A stretch of 64,000 bases of DNA from Ascidiella aspersa (Eukaryota), in contig OZ004608.1 in the NCBI GenBank assembly GCA_963924565.1, positions 9,672,001 through 9,736,000 of the forward strand, written 5' to 3'. Made by a program: the position numbers and the translations under genes. How positions within the stretch are numbered: the stretch's first letter is position 1; every line of letters starts with the position of its first letter. Below the pieces are notes generated by a model. The model did not search any database. It was not told the origin of the DNA and saw nothing but the letters and a program-made list of their open reading frames with translations. Below, one piece after another: positions 52,381 to 64,000 of the stretch.

Positions 52381-55300
52381 GATATGTAACACACAATACT
52401 TTACACGGGTTACCTTTTGCTTTGCATCAGTTTAGAAAGCTGGTTATAGAACTAGAACACACTTTATTTGGCTAGTTCAAGACCCAAACAGTTTACAATT
52501 TCCAATTTTATTGACAACGATAAAGACACCTCAAACGCACAAAATGACAGCAAAGACATTAGATACATATAAACCAAACATCGACCCTCTGTCACAGTAT
52601 ATCTACGTTATTGCATACTGTTTGTATCAAAGAGACTAAAAAACCCTTTGATGTTCACATGCTGCATTAATATTGAAAGACCCGTAACCTAGAAATATGC
52701 TGGATATAGTTTAGTAAGAAAAGACTGAAAAACTTGAGGTCTTTTGAAAATGGTGTTGATGAAATGCGAAACAAATATTATCGGTTCTAAATATAGCAAT
52801 ATCTGTTACACTGAATTTATTTCTTAGAATGGTAAACATTAAAATTGCAACTAAAACATATCCGGTCAACATCAAATTGTGCAATGAATATCGTACTTAA
52901 ACGTATAATATTTAGTACAAAAGACCAAGAGTATGAATAACCCCCGAGTACGAAAATGATTTAAATAATTGTGCAAATATTCTGCATCGCAACCACAAAA
53001 AAGCTTTCGCCCTGCGTAAATGTTTTTTGGCAAGTAAAAAACGCTGCTGGATTTTTTCTAAACAACTTTGGGTGCCGGGTACTGACAGATACAGCCCCGC
53101 AGTTTGTCGAAACATCCTGTTTCCAGCCATTCGGTTGTATTCGAGCCAGCCGAAATGCCAATCGACAAGCAGCCGGCACCTTTAGTCCTCCTCAGCCAGG
53201 TTTGGTTCACAGCAGTGCCATCAGTAAAGACGTATATCGAGCCCCTTGTAGTTCCTTTATACCCGTCGATCCAGTACCTTACGCTTTGCAATTGTCTGCC
53301 GAGGTATTGCTGCGAAGATTTTAACCAAAAGATATAGTTGGTTACAATGTAAGAAAAATCCTCAATTAAGGGCTTGTATAGGCTTAATCGTTAAAGGCGA
53401 TAATTATATACCTTAGCACAGTGGTTCTTAATTTCTAATTATTGTAACGCTACTGGAAAAGTTTATTTAACTTGCGACGCCAAAGTGATAAGAATTTTAC
53501 TATTCTTTATTGATTTGCTTGTTTGTTTCAAAAAATCAAGACCAAATGCTGTATTTTTTCGTGACATCGATTTCGAACGCATATATAAGAAAATACCATT
53601 ATTTGAATATTTATTAACGCAATTCGTTTCAGATACGAAACAGAATCGAAATCTTTCGGATAAATTAAAACGACGGACCAGGTATCGCGCCGCACAGTTT
53701 AAGAACCTCCGCCTAGACCAGATAATATACTCATAATAATTCAATTTACCCTTCTTTTTTAAAGAACAAGTTTTAGTTCTATCTACGATACAAGATAACT
53801 ACCGGTATGTTCCATTTTACCCTTATAACAAAACTGCTCACAAACCTGGACATTAATGTCTTTAAACATTGCCAGCTTCGCCCCAGAAGTTTCCGTCCAG
53901 CACTTGTACTCAGCCTCGATGTTAGAAATCCCAACGTCCCAAGTCAACAACGAGTAGCAACTCGAGTTGACCCGAATGTGATCTGACTTTGTGCAACCTG
54001 AAATATCAGCGAGAATCATGCGAAATTGCCAACACAAGTTGCAAAAAATATATTTGAACACAAAAAAATTTGATATAAACTTTTTCCATTTACTATAGTA
54101 AACCAATTTTCGTATCAACTTATTTGTACATAGAGCGAAGTTTTATATAACATATTTTGCTTCAAAACATTATTTAAGCAATTTATCGTCGTTAAGTTAT
54201 TGTAACAATTTTAATTAGTTTTTCAGTTATAAAACCCGCCTTAGTATTTTCAAATACCCGCCTTTAGTATGTCAAGTGATTGAAACTTTTTTTAACGTTG
54301 TTATTTATAACACAGTTAGAGACCATGTTACAAAAGTCAAACAGTTCAATACAGACCGAACATGACGACATTCACCTTGGACGTTTGTGGCAGTTGGAGT
54401 AGACGATGTACCCCTCCACGAAGCGTTCTGTCTTAAAAACTGAAGCAAAACCCTTTGGTTGTCCTGCAATGACAAACAGTTTTACATCTGCCTCAGTATG
54501 CATAAATTCTTAGGAAAGCTGAACTAAAATAAAATATAAGGAAATAGGCCAGTGTTTCTTAATCAGGTGAACAGTTCACCCTAGGGTGGATAAAATTTTG
54601 CAAGAGTGAACCAACCAAAAGGGGTGAATAAGGGTAAACCGTCAGAAAGGAAATTTGTAGATTTGCAATGCTAAAACTTAGCTTGAGTTGATCTTAACAA
54701 AAGTCGAAACAACCTAAGTAATTTTGTGCTGTTATATATAGACGAGATAGTTTTATTATATCTTTAGACAATTGGTAAATGAAACCTGGAAATAGATGCT
54801 AGGGATGAACAAAACAAAAAACGTTTAAGAAGCACTGTAATAGGCCTATAGATAATCTGGAACTGGAGTTTAAATTGCCTCCCGGTCCCCAACAAAAATT
54901 GTCACAAATAATTTAACCTGGATAGACGAGACTTTTTGGCGAATCCATTCTACTTCGTCGAAGTTGACGTCAGCATCATAAATAACTCCCTCGTCGTTGT
55001 CGAACTGCTGTTGCTGAAGGCTCTTTTGTTGGATCACTGTATTTGAGCAATATGAACTCGAATTTGAGTTATTTTCCGACGTTCATGCGGGGTGTGAAAT
55101 ATAGCTTAAGACTTACATTTATTATGGGACAATTTTCACTTAACCTTTTCTGTTCCTGATGAAACGTTATAAGGTTTCTAAAAATGTCAAATGTATAGTT
55201 AACATGCGCCATGACTATTTGTTAATTTTTGGCTGTTACAGAGGTTATTCTTTTAATTATGTGTATTTGCAAGTGAACTTTTACCTTTTTGATTTAAAAG

Positions 55301-58300
55301 AGTACCTTTAAAACCAAAAAAGTTATGTGGTCTGTTTTTAGTAAAGAATGCCGTTGCAAAGCAATACATTGTTATTTGTTAGGCTTATTTTATAGATTAA
55401 AAACAAACATTGCGACACAGGGGCTCACACAAAAATATATTATCCAGTGATTTTGAATGTTGTGAGTATACCCATCAACCTTGGAATGTGAACCCCCTTG
55501 TCCTAAAATTTTGTTTCGGCTCCTAATTTACTAAAAATGTTAATGTAAATACAGTAAAAGTTAATCGCCTTACTAAGAAAGATAACGACGCATAGCAGCA
55601 TTATAAATCCAACTGTGAGTCCGAACAGGTACATTTTAATGCAGAAAGGAAGTTTCGGTCGTCGAGGTCGATCGCCAGACTGAGTCGAAACTAGAAAACA
55701 ATAAAAACAAGTAACTTTCATTTTTTTGTTCATATTAAACAAATAAAGCAAATAATTAAAATCAGAGACAGGAAGCTTTTAGAATGAACTGGCTCTTTTT
55801 GTGAAATCATATGGCTCTTTTGATAAAAGAATCTTGCTTGCAGAAAAATCTAACCTATCGTTTCTCAGCACGATATCAAATAAAACAGCACTCGGGGCCT
55901 TCCTAACCTTATTTTTCCTTTTTTAACACAAATTTTCGGCGCCTTGCGCGAATCCTATTTGTTTTTTGAGACTGTTATCTCGTTTGAAGGAATTTTGAAT
56001 ATCTAAAAGGCCCTATTCTTTCAACGGAAATCCGTAATCAAAGAGCGCAAACTCAACTTAGCTAATTTTTGGTGCATAGCATGTTCCGTCTTCTAAATGA
56101 GAACCAAATAAACGGCATTGCTCAATTTACTAATTTTTGCCAATTGCCAACCTATAACTATGTTAAAAAGTATTATATGGCTCTCATGGAGATAGAACAA
56201 ACCATATTTGGCTTATATTGCCCCCTCAGCTAAAAAGGTTTTCGACCCTTGCTGTATATAGTTCAAATGCAAAGAAACCAAGTTGAGCCAACCTTTCAGC
56301 GGAACAGATTTCTGAGATTTGCCTTTGTTCTCTTCCACTGGTGAGGTCGGTCCGTCGGAGGTCATCATGGAGCGGGCAGCTTCCACATGGGGTGGAATGT
56401 CGTACATCCGACGCTCGGCGTGGAAATCTGCATACAACGACTGCTTTAAGAAAAACCTCACATATCACCGGGCAAATATTTTTAACAGTACATATATACC
56501 CAATCGAAAAAAGTAATCTATCGATTTGGGGTATATAACTGTTACATATTTCAGTGAAGAAAACATTTGGCATACGAAGGCTAGAACTCTAATATAAGAC
56601 CCTATTTATCGCGTCGTAAAATAACCTAATGAAAATGATATCTGTGTTATAGCTTATGGCAAAGACATTCTACGTAGGGAGGAATGTCGTGCATTCGACC
56701 TTCGGCGTTGAAATCTGCATACTACGATAGATGTACTGTATATGTGAAAACGGAAATCACCTTGACCCTTGCAAGATAAATGTCGACCTTAACAATGAGA
56801 TTCGGTCGAATTAAAAGATATACTGACGATGCCATTGCTGGCGAAATACAGTATATATATATCCTTTAAGATATTTTAATAGTGTCTGACCTGAATTGCT
56901 TTTCTACAGTAGTCTGCTGTTACATCGACAGATTTAGGAAAAACGTCACATGTTATCGGCGACTTTTTTACCAGGATACATACCCCAATCAACACAAGTA
57001 AACTATATTATTTTACTGAAGAAAACATTTGACATACGAATGCTGTACGCTAATTTAAGACCCTTTTTATCGCGTAGTAAAATAACTTAATCAAAATAAG
57101 AACTGTGATGTTTGGCTTATGGCAAATGATCGATGTACAATTAATTAGATTTTTATTTGTACATGATAAGGTGCATTCCAAATTCACGTACTGATAAAAA
57201 CAATATGCCTGTTCAAAATATATAAAATGCAATTCGGTAAGCACCGGCCTACGGTTTCCTTTTCCTGGATAGCAAAAGGTCTGTATTGAATGCAAATTTG
57301 TCTTTCTTAGGTTGGACCAGTAGGAATAAAGTATATTTCGTCCTAAATTGCATTTAAGATACAAAACACTTTAATGGACTTGCTGTTAGATTGCTATCAA
57401 ATGGAAACCCAAGTAATAACAATAGTTTAACTAAAGGATTCAACCCAACCTAAGTGAGTCCATAATAAGATCGAAGGAGTTCACATTAATAGTTAAGGAG
57501 GTTATATATATATATAACCAAACAGCCGCCTCACCCCCACAATTTGTGAGCTTTTTACTGCTGTTTATTTTAACTAGTTTTAAACACTTGTTTAAAAAGA
57601 GGGTCGTTTTAAATGAGGGGGGGGGGGCCTTAACGGCGACAAATTTGAGCTATCAGCGTGCCTTTAGTTTAGATTTACATATCTAGTAGTATGCTATGAA
57701 ACGGTCACGCTATTACACAAGACGTGTTAAAACGGCGACAAACTTCCGTGCAGTAATTAAAGCACCTCTCATCGGGACGCTGACATATCTTTCACCTTCG
57801 CTGTCGTCTCGACTCCACTCCGAATCGGCCACGCTGAAAGGCCGGTCAGCCGACATGTTCGTTTGTGCAGCAACGGCAGTGCGCCCAATATCCTGCGTTT
57901 AGTTTTCGTTATTTCGTAGCACACCAGCTGCAAAAGACAATTCTTGTTTTGGTTGTAATTCTTTACCAGTCTAAATTGTGCTTTGTTAAAATGTCTGTCA
58001 AAATAAAACTGTTTTTTCCTTTAAGTATTTTCGTTCTTGCCGGGGATCACACATATGTTAACCTTATGTGACCTTCCTGGCAAAACAGCATCTGTGATTT
58101 TCAGTACGAATACGCCGCTATGCGTTGCAGGATGCAACTTTACTAGGTTGTGACAATGCTTTGCTAACTGTAACCCTGCATTTTGTAAAGATATTTGTTT
58201 ATTTTAACTTAATAAACTTCACAGAAAAGTTGCTCGAAAGATGATTCATATTGCAGTGTGAAACCATTAGGTTTGGCACGTAAGTTCGTTTTGACTTGGC

Positions 58301-58534
58301 CTCAGTCAAATCAAAAAAATTCTATTGCACCTAAAAGCTGGCTATAGCAGAAAACTTTTTCATTCTTTTGTGCAACCACCATGGTTTCATATTGTTGTCA
58401 TATGAGATGGCTATCGCACAAAACAAAGGGTTTATTTTCGCCTAGTTTAGCTCAAATTGTTCAGTAGTTTCGCCTCGTAAACCTTAAATCAGCAACTTCC
58501 CTTTTTATTGCTTTGTTTACTTGCAACGCCTATT
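52381..58534. repeat. Segmental tandem duplication, copy B
   Basis: Aligns with 46361-51092. Lacks the equivalent of about 49750-50100. Confidence 0.9.
53058..57856 (-). CDS. Type II transmembrane C-type lectin-like receptor, copy B (long cytoplasmic tail with YDIP, about 307 aa)
   Basis: Seven exons: 57856-57796, 56427-56293 (DFHAERRMYDIPPH...VPLK, 135 nt, phase 1-1), 55690-55574, 55036-54918, 54463-54376, 53997-53846, 53309-53058. Shared exons are near-identical to copy A. Confidence 0.8.
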
Positions 58535-58589
58535 ACAGTAAAGCGTCACGGCACCTCCCCGCTTTGCATGGCTAGCATACATTGATCTT

Positions 58590-58613
58590 ACTTCCGGCAC
58601 ATATGTGACGTCA
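58590..58613. promoter_or_regulatory. ETS (ACTTCCGG) plus full CRE (TGACGTCA) motifs, candidate promoter of lectin copy B
   Basis: Both motifs read directly from the sequence, about 730 bp upstream of the copy B ATG on the minus strand. Confidence 0.4.
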
Positions 58614-60294
58614 TCCGCATTTCCTGCAGTTATTTTGTAACTTGCGTAGGACGCTGACTGGCAACCTGGGCAATATAAGACAACAGGTCGTTGTTTTTGA
58701 CTTTTTGTTATCTTTTATCGTAAAAATACCGTTTGGAAAATATGGCTGGCGTAAAATTACTTAAAAATAAACTTTTGGTATAGGTCAAACCCGGCGCAGC
58801 ACAACGTCTTGTTTATCTGCGCATTCTTTTACGTATATGTTCAACTTCGAAAATAGACTTTAGATTTAACCTGAGTTTTATAAAGACTCGTAACCCTTTG
58901 TCCATTTATGAAACAACGCCTGTAAGCTATTTTAGGACTTTTTCCATTGTGATAAGCCCAGACGGGTATTAACCAAAAGGGCGCCTGCTCTGATACCAAA
59001 ACAACTTTATTCGTTCAGTGCCCACTTAGTACTCTTTAATTTATTTTAAGGAACTGTACACAGGGTTTCTGCCCGAATTTTCAAATCCGTTTTTTCTAAC
59101 TTTTACCATTTTACAACTTTTAAAAGAAATTTCTTTGGGCACTGCGATCGTAGAAAGTGGTGATGACGGTGAACTGGTGATGCACTTAATCATGGTTCAA
59201 TGTTACATATCCCATGATCTAGAAAAAAACGTTTGGTTTTTGTTGCTGCATCTAATCAAAAAGTAACTTCAACTAGAACGCCTCTTAATCGAATAAATAA
59301 AATATCTAGCTCTAAGTCAGCTTCCAATGAAACCTGAACAGTTGAACACACATATGTGTGTTAACAACTGAAATCTAGCCCTTCTAAAGCTGCTTTTTGA
59401 CCAACGATTCTAAGTCAGCTTGCTATAAAAGCTTTCCAAGAAGTCCCAGTGCCGACAATATATAGTTAGCACTTACAATTTTGGTGTACACATATAACGT
59501 CTGCGTTGTATTGTTATGCTTACTTTCGTATTGTCGATTAAAATGTAACTGTTTGTTTCGTTTTGTTGCGCATAAAGTATTTAACTCACTTACTCGTCAT
59601 TGAAATGGAAATTGCAACTTTAATAAGCAGGGGCGCCATTGAGACCATACGATAACCGTCTAATGTCGCTACACAAACGTTCATCAAACAAAACAACAAT
59701 TAGTCCTGTATATTCAGCTATATATGTTTTCAGAATAAAGTTAGAATGCTTTAATATGTGAATTGGTTAAATTTAAGGGTACGTGTAGGCTACCGCTCTT
59801 GAGTGATAAACAATAGTCGTTTTATGTGGTTACTGAAAAGGGAATCACATATCCAAATCGCGATTACACCAGTTCAAAAAGCCCAAGCCGCCATTTCTAT
59901 CTTCAAGACAAATTAGTCGCCCAAAATTTAACCGGCAGAAACCCAGTTTGATGTTTTATTCAAACATTTGAAAATAGATTGTGTTTAATATTGAGCCCCA
60001 TTTCGTCATTACAATAACACCAAGGTCCATTGAGAAGTTGTCTGTTAAAAAAACGACTTTTATGTACCGATTTACTAAAAGCGGTCGCATTGAAAACATC
60101 GCCTTTTTACGACGACGAGATCTCACAAGTGCGATTACTTCCAAAAACACACAAGTGGGTAAAAGAAATAGGCGAACAGGCGCTTCTTTGTTGCGACACA
60201 AGTTCACGCAAACGAGCGACGCCGCGAGACCATTATCGCGTCACAGTGGAACCCGCCTACAGTCGCGGTTATTGACACTATCAGCCGCGCGCCT

Positions 60295-60307
60295 GTCGCC
60301 TAGCAAC
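60295..60307 (+). promoter_or_regulatory. RFX X-box in a CpG-rich promoter-like segment
   Basis: GTCGCCTAGCAAC matches GTNRCC-N(0-3)-RGYAAC. It is followed by a GC-rich putative 5'UTR exon ending at a gtaagt donor near 60655. Confidence 0.6.
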
Positions 60308-61462
60308 CGGCGGCGTGGTGTACCTGCCGACGAGCCACACAAAATCGTTCGCGCGTGACGGAACGCGAGCGGAGCCAGTTATCGAAAACCGTTTCAGTCG
60401 GGCGGCGGTCTTTTGTGCACAGCTATTTGCGAACGCGGCTCTGTATCGTTTAGGCCTTTGATGGATATGATATTCGACCTGTTATGGTGCTTTGGCATCA
60501 ATGGCTTTGCGAAAGCGAGGCCTCCCTGCGCCCATCTGCGGCCTTCACAAGAACATTATACAGCGGTTACTTCGACAGGCGGAAAATTAAACGTGAGCCC
60601 CGTGTAGCTGTGGAGATTTGCCAGCGCCAGGCCTGCTGACACTCCAGCTTAAGTGTAAGTTGAATGCGTGCTGGTAGTTAGCCTTGCCCATTGCTTCTTT
60701 GTGTTACAACAAAAGGTGTGATTCCTCTGTGTCAATTCAGGAGTCTAAACAAACAGTTTAAGTGCAAGAAATTAATAAGTACTGAGTTTAAAGATGCTAT
60801 ATAGGTTAGTTTCAATTTTGTCAGTCAATTTACCGATATGTGGTCAATAAGTTTATAACACTCCTAACCCTTGAAAATGACATGCCTATAGTAAAACATT
60901 AACCAAGCAGCAAGCAGTGTGTAGAAAGAGTGAGTTTTAAAACTGCTTGAAATCGCCACACAAGCGTGGTTAATTTCGGCGGGCTTAGCATTCGAGTGTC
61001 GTTCAGTAGGTAAAAGTGGTCGCGTATGTACCAAAGGATTAGAAAAGCACTTTCTCGACTAACAGTTTGGAACAGCGAAGGGAAAAAGGTGCTGCCCTTT
61101 TTAAGTTTGGGAAACGCAATTACACAAAATATATTCTGTTCAACCACCGTAGTTTTGTAGGTTCTTTTATAACAATTTTGCAGTTGTGTAAGTCATGCTG
61201 GTTATCTGGTGCTGCTGGACAACTATTGGCATTTAATGCCTGTTTTCAAAGCACGTATGTTGCCTCTCTTATCTTTAAAATGTAACGCTAATTTGCAATA
61301 ATCAGTCTCTCAGCGATAGGCCTATAGCAACGAAACTGACTTTTTTTGTTTATTTTACGCATTTTTAGCGTTTTTACTTTCAACCTGTTTTCCAAACGAC
61401 CGAAGTAGAGTAGGCCCATTGTTAGTTTTAAAGGCAATGTAGTTTAGTGTCACGTTCGACAA

Positions 61463-63156
61463 ATGGCAATGGAGTCTCCGGGAAGCGACGGACAGGATTC
61501 GCTGTTTTTCCACCTGCAGCGAACCCCCGTCCGCCAATATCGGCGTGTCAGGAAAGAGCCTGAAGAGCTACCGCAAGCCTTACGGTGAGTTTCGCGGAAT
61601 CCAATCATAGTCTATTGTCTCCTGAATAGCTTGAAAAAGGAGTGTTGCAAGATGTGTGCGGCTTTGAATTGTCCGTTTGATAAGCGGCTCTAATTGTAGG
61701 CGTCAATAACCGCCCTGCTTTTATTAGTAATTCTCTTTGCTCAAGTGCACAGTGTTGGCTGAATGCACTTAAGTCATTGTTTTATATAGCGTATTTGTCA
61801 ATTGTTAAATTATTTTTAATCGAATTTACCAATTTTATTAATTTTACATTTAGTTTAAATGGTGATGACTTGACTTTTCATATACCACTTGGACTGGAAT
61901 TTGTCTTAGACGTACTATTCGTTAAAATAGAGTAATCAGGGACACTAACATAACGACAAATTGTATTAAAATCGTGACAAGCTTTCGCACAACCGTCCTT
62001 CATCAGATCAAAGTAGAAACTTGTTGAAAAAATGACTCTGATTCTGGTATTTGTTGAAAATGTGTCTATAGGACTAGTGATTTCAAGATAACCTGTTTAC
62101 TGCAATGTAATTTCGTGACATATTCCGCTTAAGTTGTATTTAATTATAAAGATTCTACTAATAGCCTACCAACGCATAACAATACTTTAGTTTAGCCCCT
62201 AGTTTTTCTCATATAAAAATCGCGACCAAAACCACCTGGGTGTGCTTGGACATTTTTTTCTTGTTAAAAGACCTTATTCCAACTGTAAAAACGTATTTGC
62301 TAAAGTTACCGTTTGCGTTTTTTCGACAGATATTTCAAATATGCCAACCTAAACCCGCGCATTGCTGCTTTCTTGGGCAAGCAGGACCCAAAGAACATTC
62401 TCAAGCGATCTAAAGGTGGAAAAACAGATGGGAAAGAAGGTGCAGCGAGCGCACCGAGCGGCGGCATTATGCCTGGCGAGTACGGTAACGATTTGAGCCA
62501 AGAGGCTAGGCGATTGCTCCCAGAAATCGGCCAAAACATGTCGTTTATGAATCCCTTTGGGGACGATTCGTTTGGACAGTCTAGGCTTTCCTTTACCAAC
62601 GATATCGACGACCCTCAACGTTACCAGTTCGAAGAGACTACATTCGCGGCTCCGAATATTTTACGCGAGCTGGCTGATACACTGGCGAGGTTTAACAGCT
62701 CGTTTAAGGAGTACGTGAATCGAACGACGCTGTACGACCCAGATACCGGTGACGCGCTGACCCCAGAAAACACAAATCCGTCTGTGCTCCTGCCAGCCGG
62801 CGTTACAAACCTGTTGTGTATAGATTGGGACAGCGCCGTGGCCGAAACGGTCTACACTCCTCGGGCCTGGCAGACCACGGCCTATAAGGCGGCCTACAAC
62901 TTTAGTCAAATGGCTGGGGCGCCAACGCAGTCTCCAAACCAGAAGGAAAACTCGCAACAAATAGCTGAAAAACCTGCAACGGCAAGTGGAGCCTTGAAAC
63001 CGGAGTTAAAAGGCATGGCAGATCTGCTGGACGAGGTAAAAACGAAGCCGCAAAGCAAACGAGATGGCGACCCCGAGTCCAGGGTCAGCGTTGACACCAA
63101 GAAAAAGTCGAAGTCAGTTTCAAAAGAAATCTCTCTTCATGCGCTAGCCCTCCCAG
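61463..63156 (+). CDS. 5' part of a C3orf20-like (FAM194-related) protein; gene continues beyond the window
   Basis: Exons 61463-61584 (donor gtgagt) and 62330-63156 (donor gtaaga) join in frame. APNILRELADTL...LPAGVTNLLCIDWD resembles the C3orf20 N-terminal pattern as I recall it; not verified by search. Confidence 0.5.
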
Positions 63157-63507
63157 GTAAGAATATAGTCCTGTCCCAAAATGTTCTATTAAAGATAAAA
63201 ACTTCCGCTCGGCTTTTTTGAACTTAAAGTACAGATTTGTTCATAAAATCGAAGATTTATCTTTGTGGTTAAAAAGATTAGGTCGCTAGTTGATGGCGCC
63301 GAGCTCCCGTTAATAACGTTTCATAATCCGTAATACGATCTGTTAGGCTAATATTATTATGAAACAGTTATACACGTTTTTAAAGCGTTAAAGCTGATTG
63401 CGATCTCAAGTTGTCCAAAATATCTTGCCCAAAAAATTATTTGCATATCGTTCGCGGACCAAACACAGTTTGTCACATAAAAAAGAAAATAGTTTATTTA
63501 ACAGTTA

Positions 63508-63627
63508 CAGGGAGTCGAACCGTTTGACTTTTCCACTTCAGGTTCGATTCGGGTTAAAGGATTTTTTCAGAATTCGGTTAAGTTCCGGTTAAAAACCGGG
63601 TTATAAACTTTCCGGTTCGACTCCCTG
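63508..63627. mobile_element. Short MITE with perfect 14-bp TIRs
   Basis: cagggagtcgaacc / ggttcgactccctg. Confidence 0.8.
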
Positions 63628-64000
63628 TTTGTTTGGAACCTCCATGTTGGTAACCACTGCTCTGTTTTAACCTGAAATTTTGTAACCATAACCGAACAAT
63701 TTGAATACATTTTCTGATAATTGACCACTTAGCCTGAATGTCCCAAATAGAATAAAGTTCCGAAATTACTGAAGTAATTGATGTTCGCGAGTCACAGATA
63801 ATGGTGTCAGGCCTGGGTTGGGAATATTTCAGACCACACCATATAAAGTAGACATATAACTTGCTGCTATTGTTACATCATAATAAACGCATTATACTGT
63901 ATTTCAGTCTTTGGTCACAAGCACATAAATGACTAAGAGAGTATAGTTAGGGAAATTTATTGGTGGTAGTGCACGTAAATTTCTGCAAATATGTATAGCA

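Noticed and set aside
59981-60358. 125-aa Arg-rich ORF
   Set aside because: It has a GTG start, runs through a promoter-like CpG patch and X-box, and shows no domain or splice support.

Overview
This is AT-rich, intron-containing eukaryotic DNA from a compact animal genome. Short introns, dense MITEs and gene content suggest a tunicate-like invertebrate chordate, but that is inference. I reconstructed exons by hand from GT/AG sites and phase continuity. In order, the window holds: (1) the last exon of a probable transcriptional repressor (+); (2) an 8-exon signal peptide/JmjC/EF-hand protein ending in RNEL (-); (3) intronless MMAB (-); (4) LRRC45 (-), head-to-head with (5) a very divergent 20-exon EML/EMAP-like gene (+); (6) WDR12 (-), with a perfect 136-bp duplication across a splice acceptor; (7) a tandem duplication of about 5-6 kb carrying two type II C-type-lectin-like receptor genes (-); and (8) the 5' part of a C3orf20-like gene (+) with an upstream RFX X-box. 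The most notable observation is the lectin pair: nearly identical ectodomains, but only one copy keeps a symmetric 135-nt cytoplasmic exon with a YDIP tyrosine motif, resembling a nascent paired receptor. An uncollapsed-haplotype artefact must be excluded. Introns carry many non-autonomous DNA transposons and a tRNA-derived SINE. There is no CRISPR array, rRNA or convincing tRNA gene.
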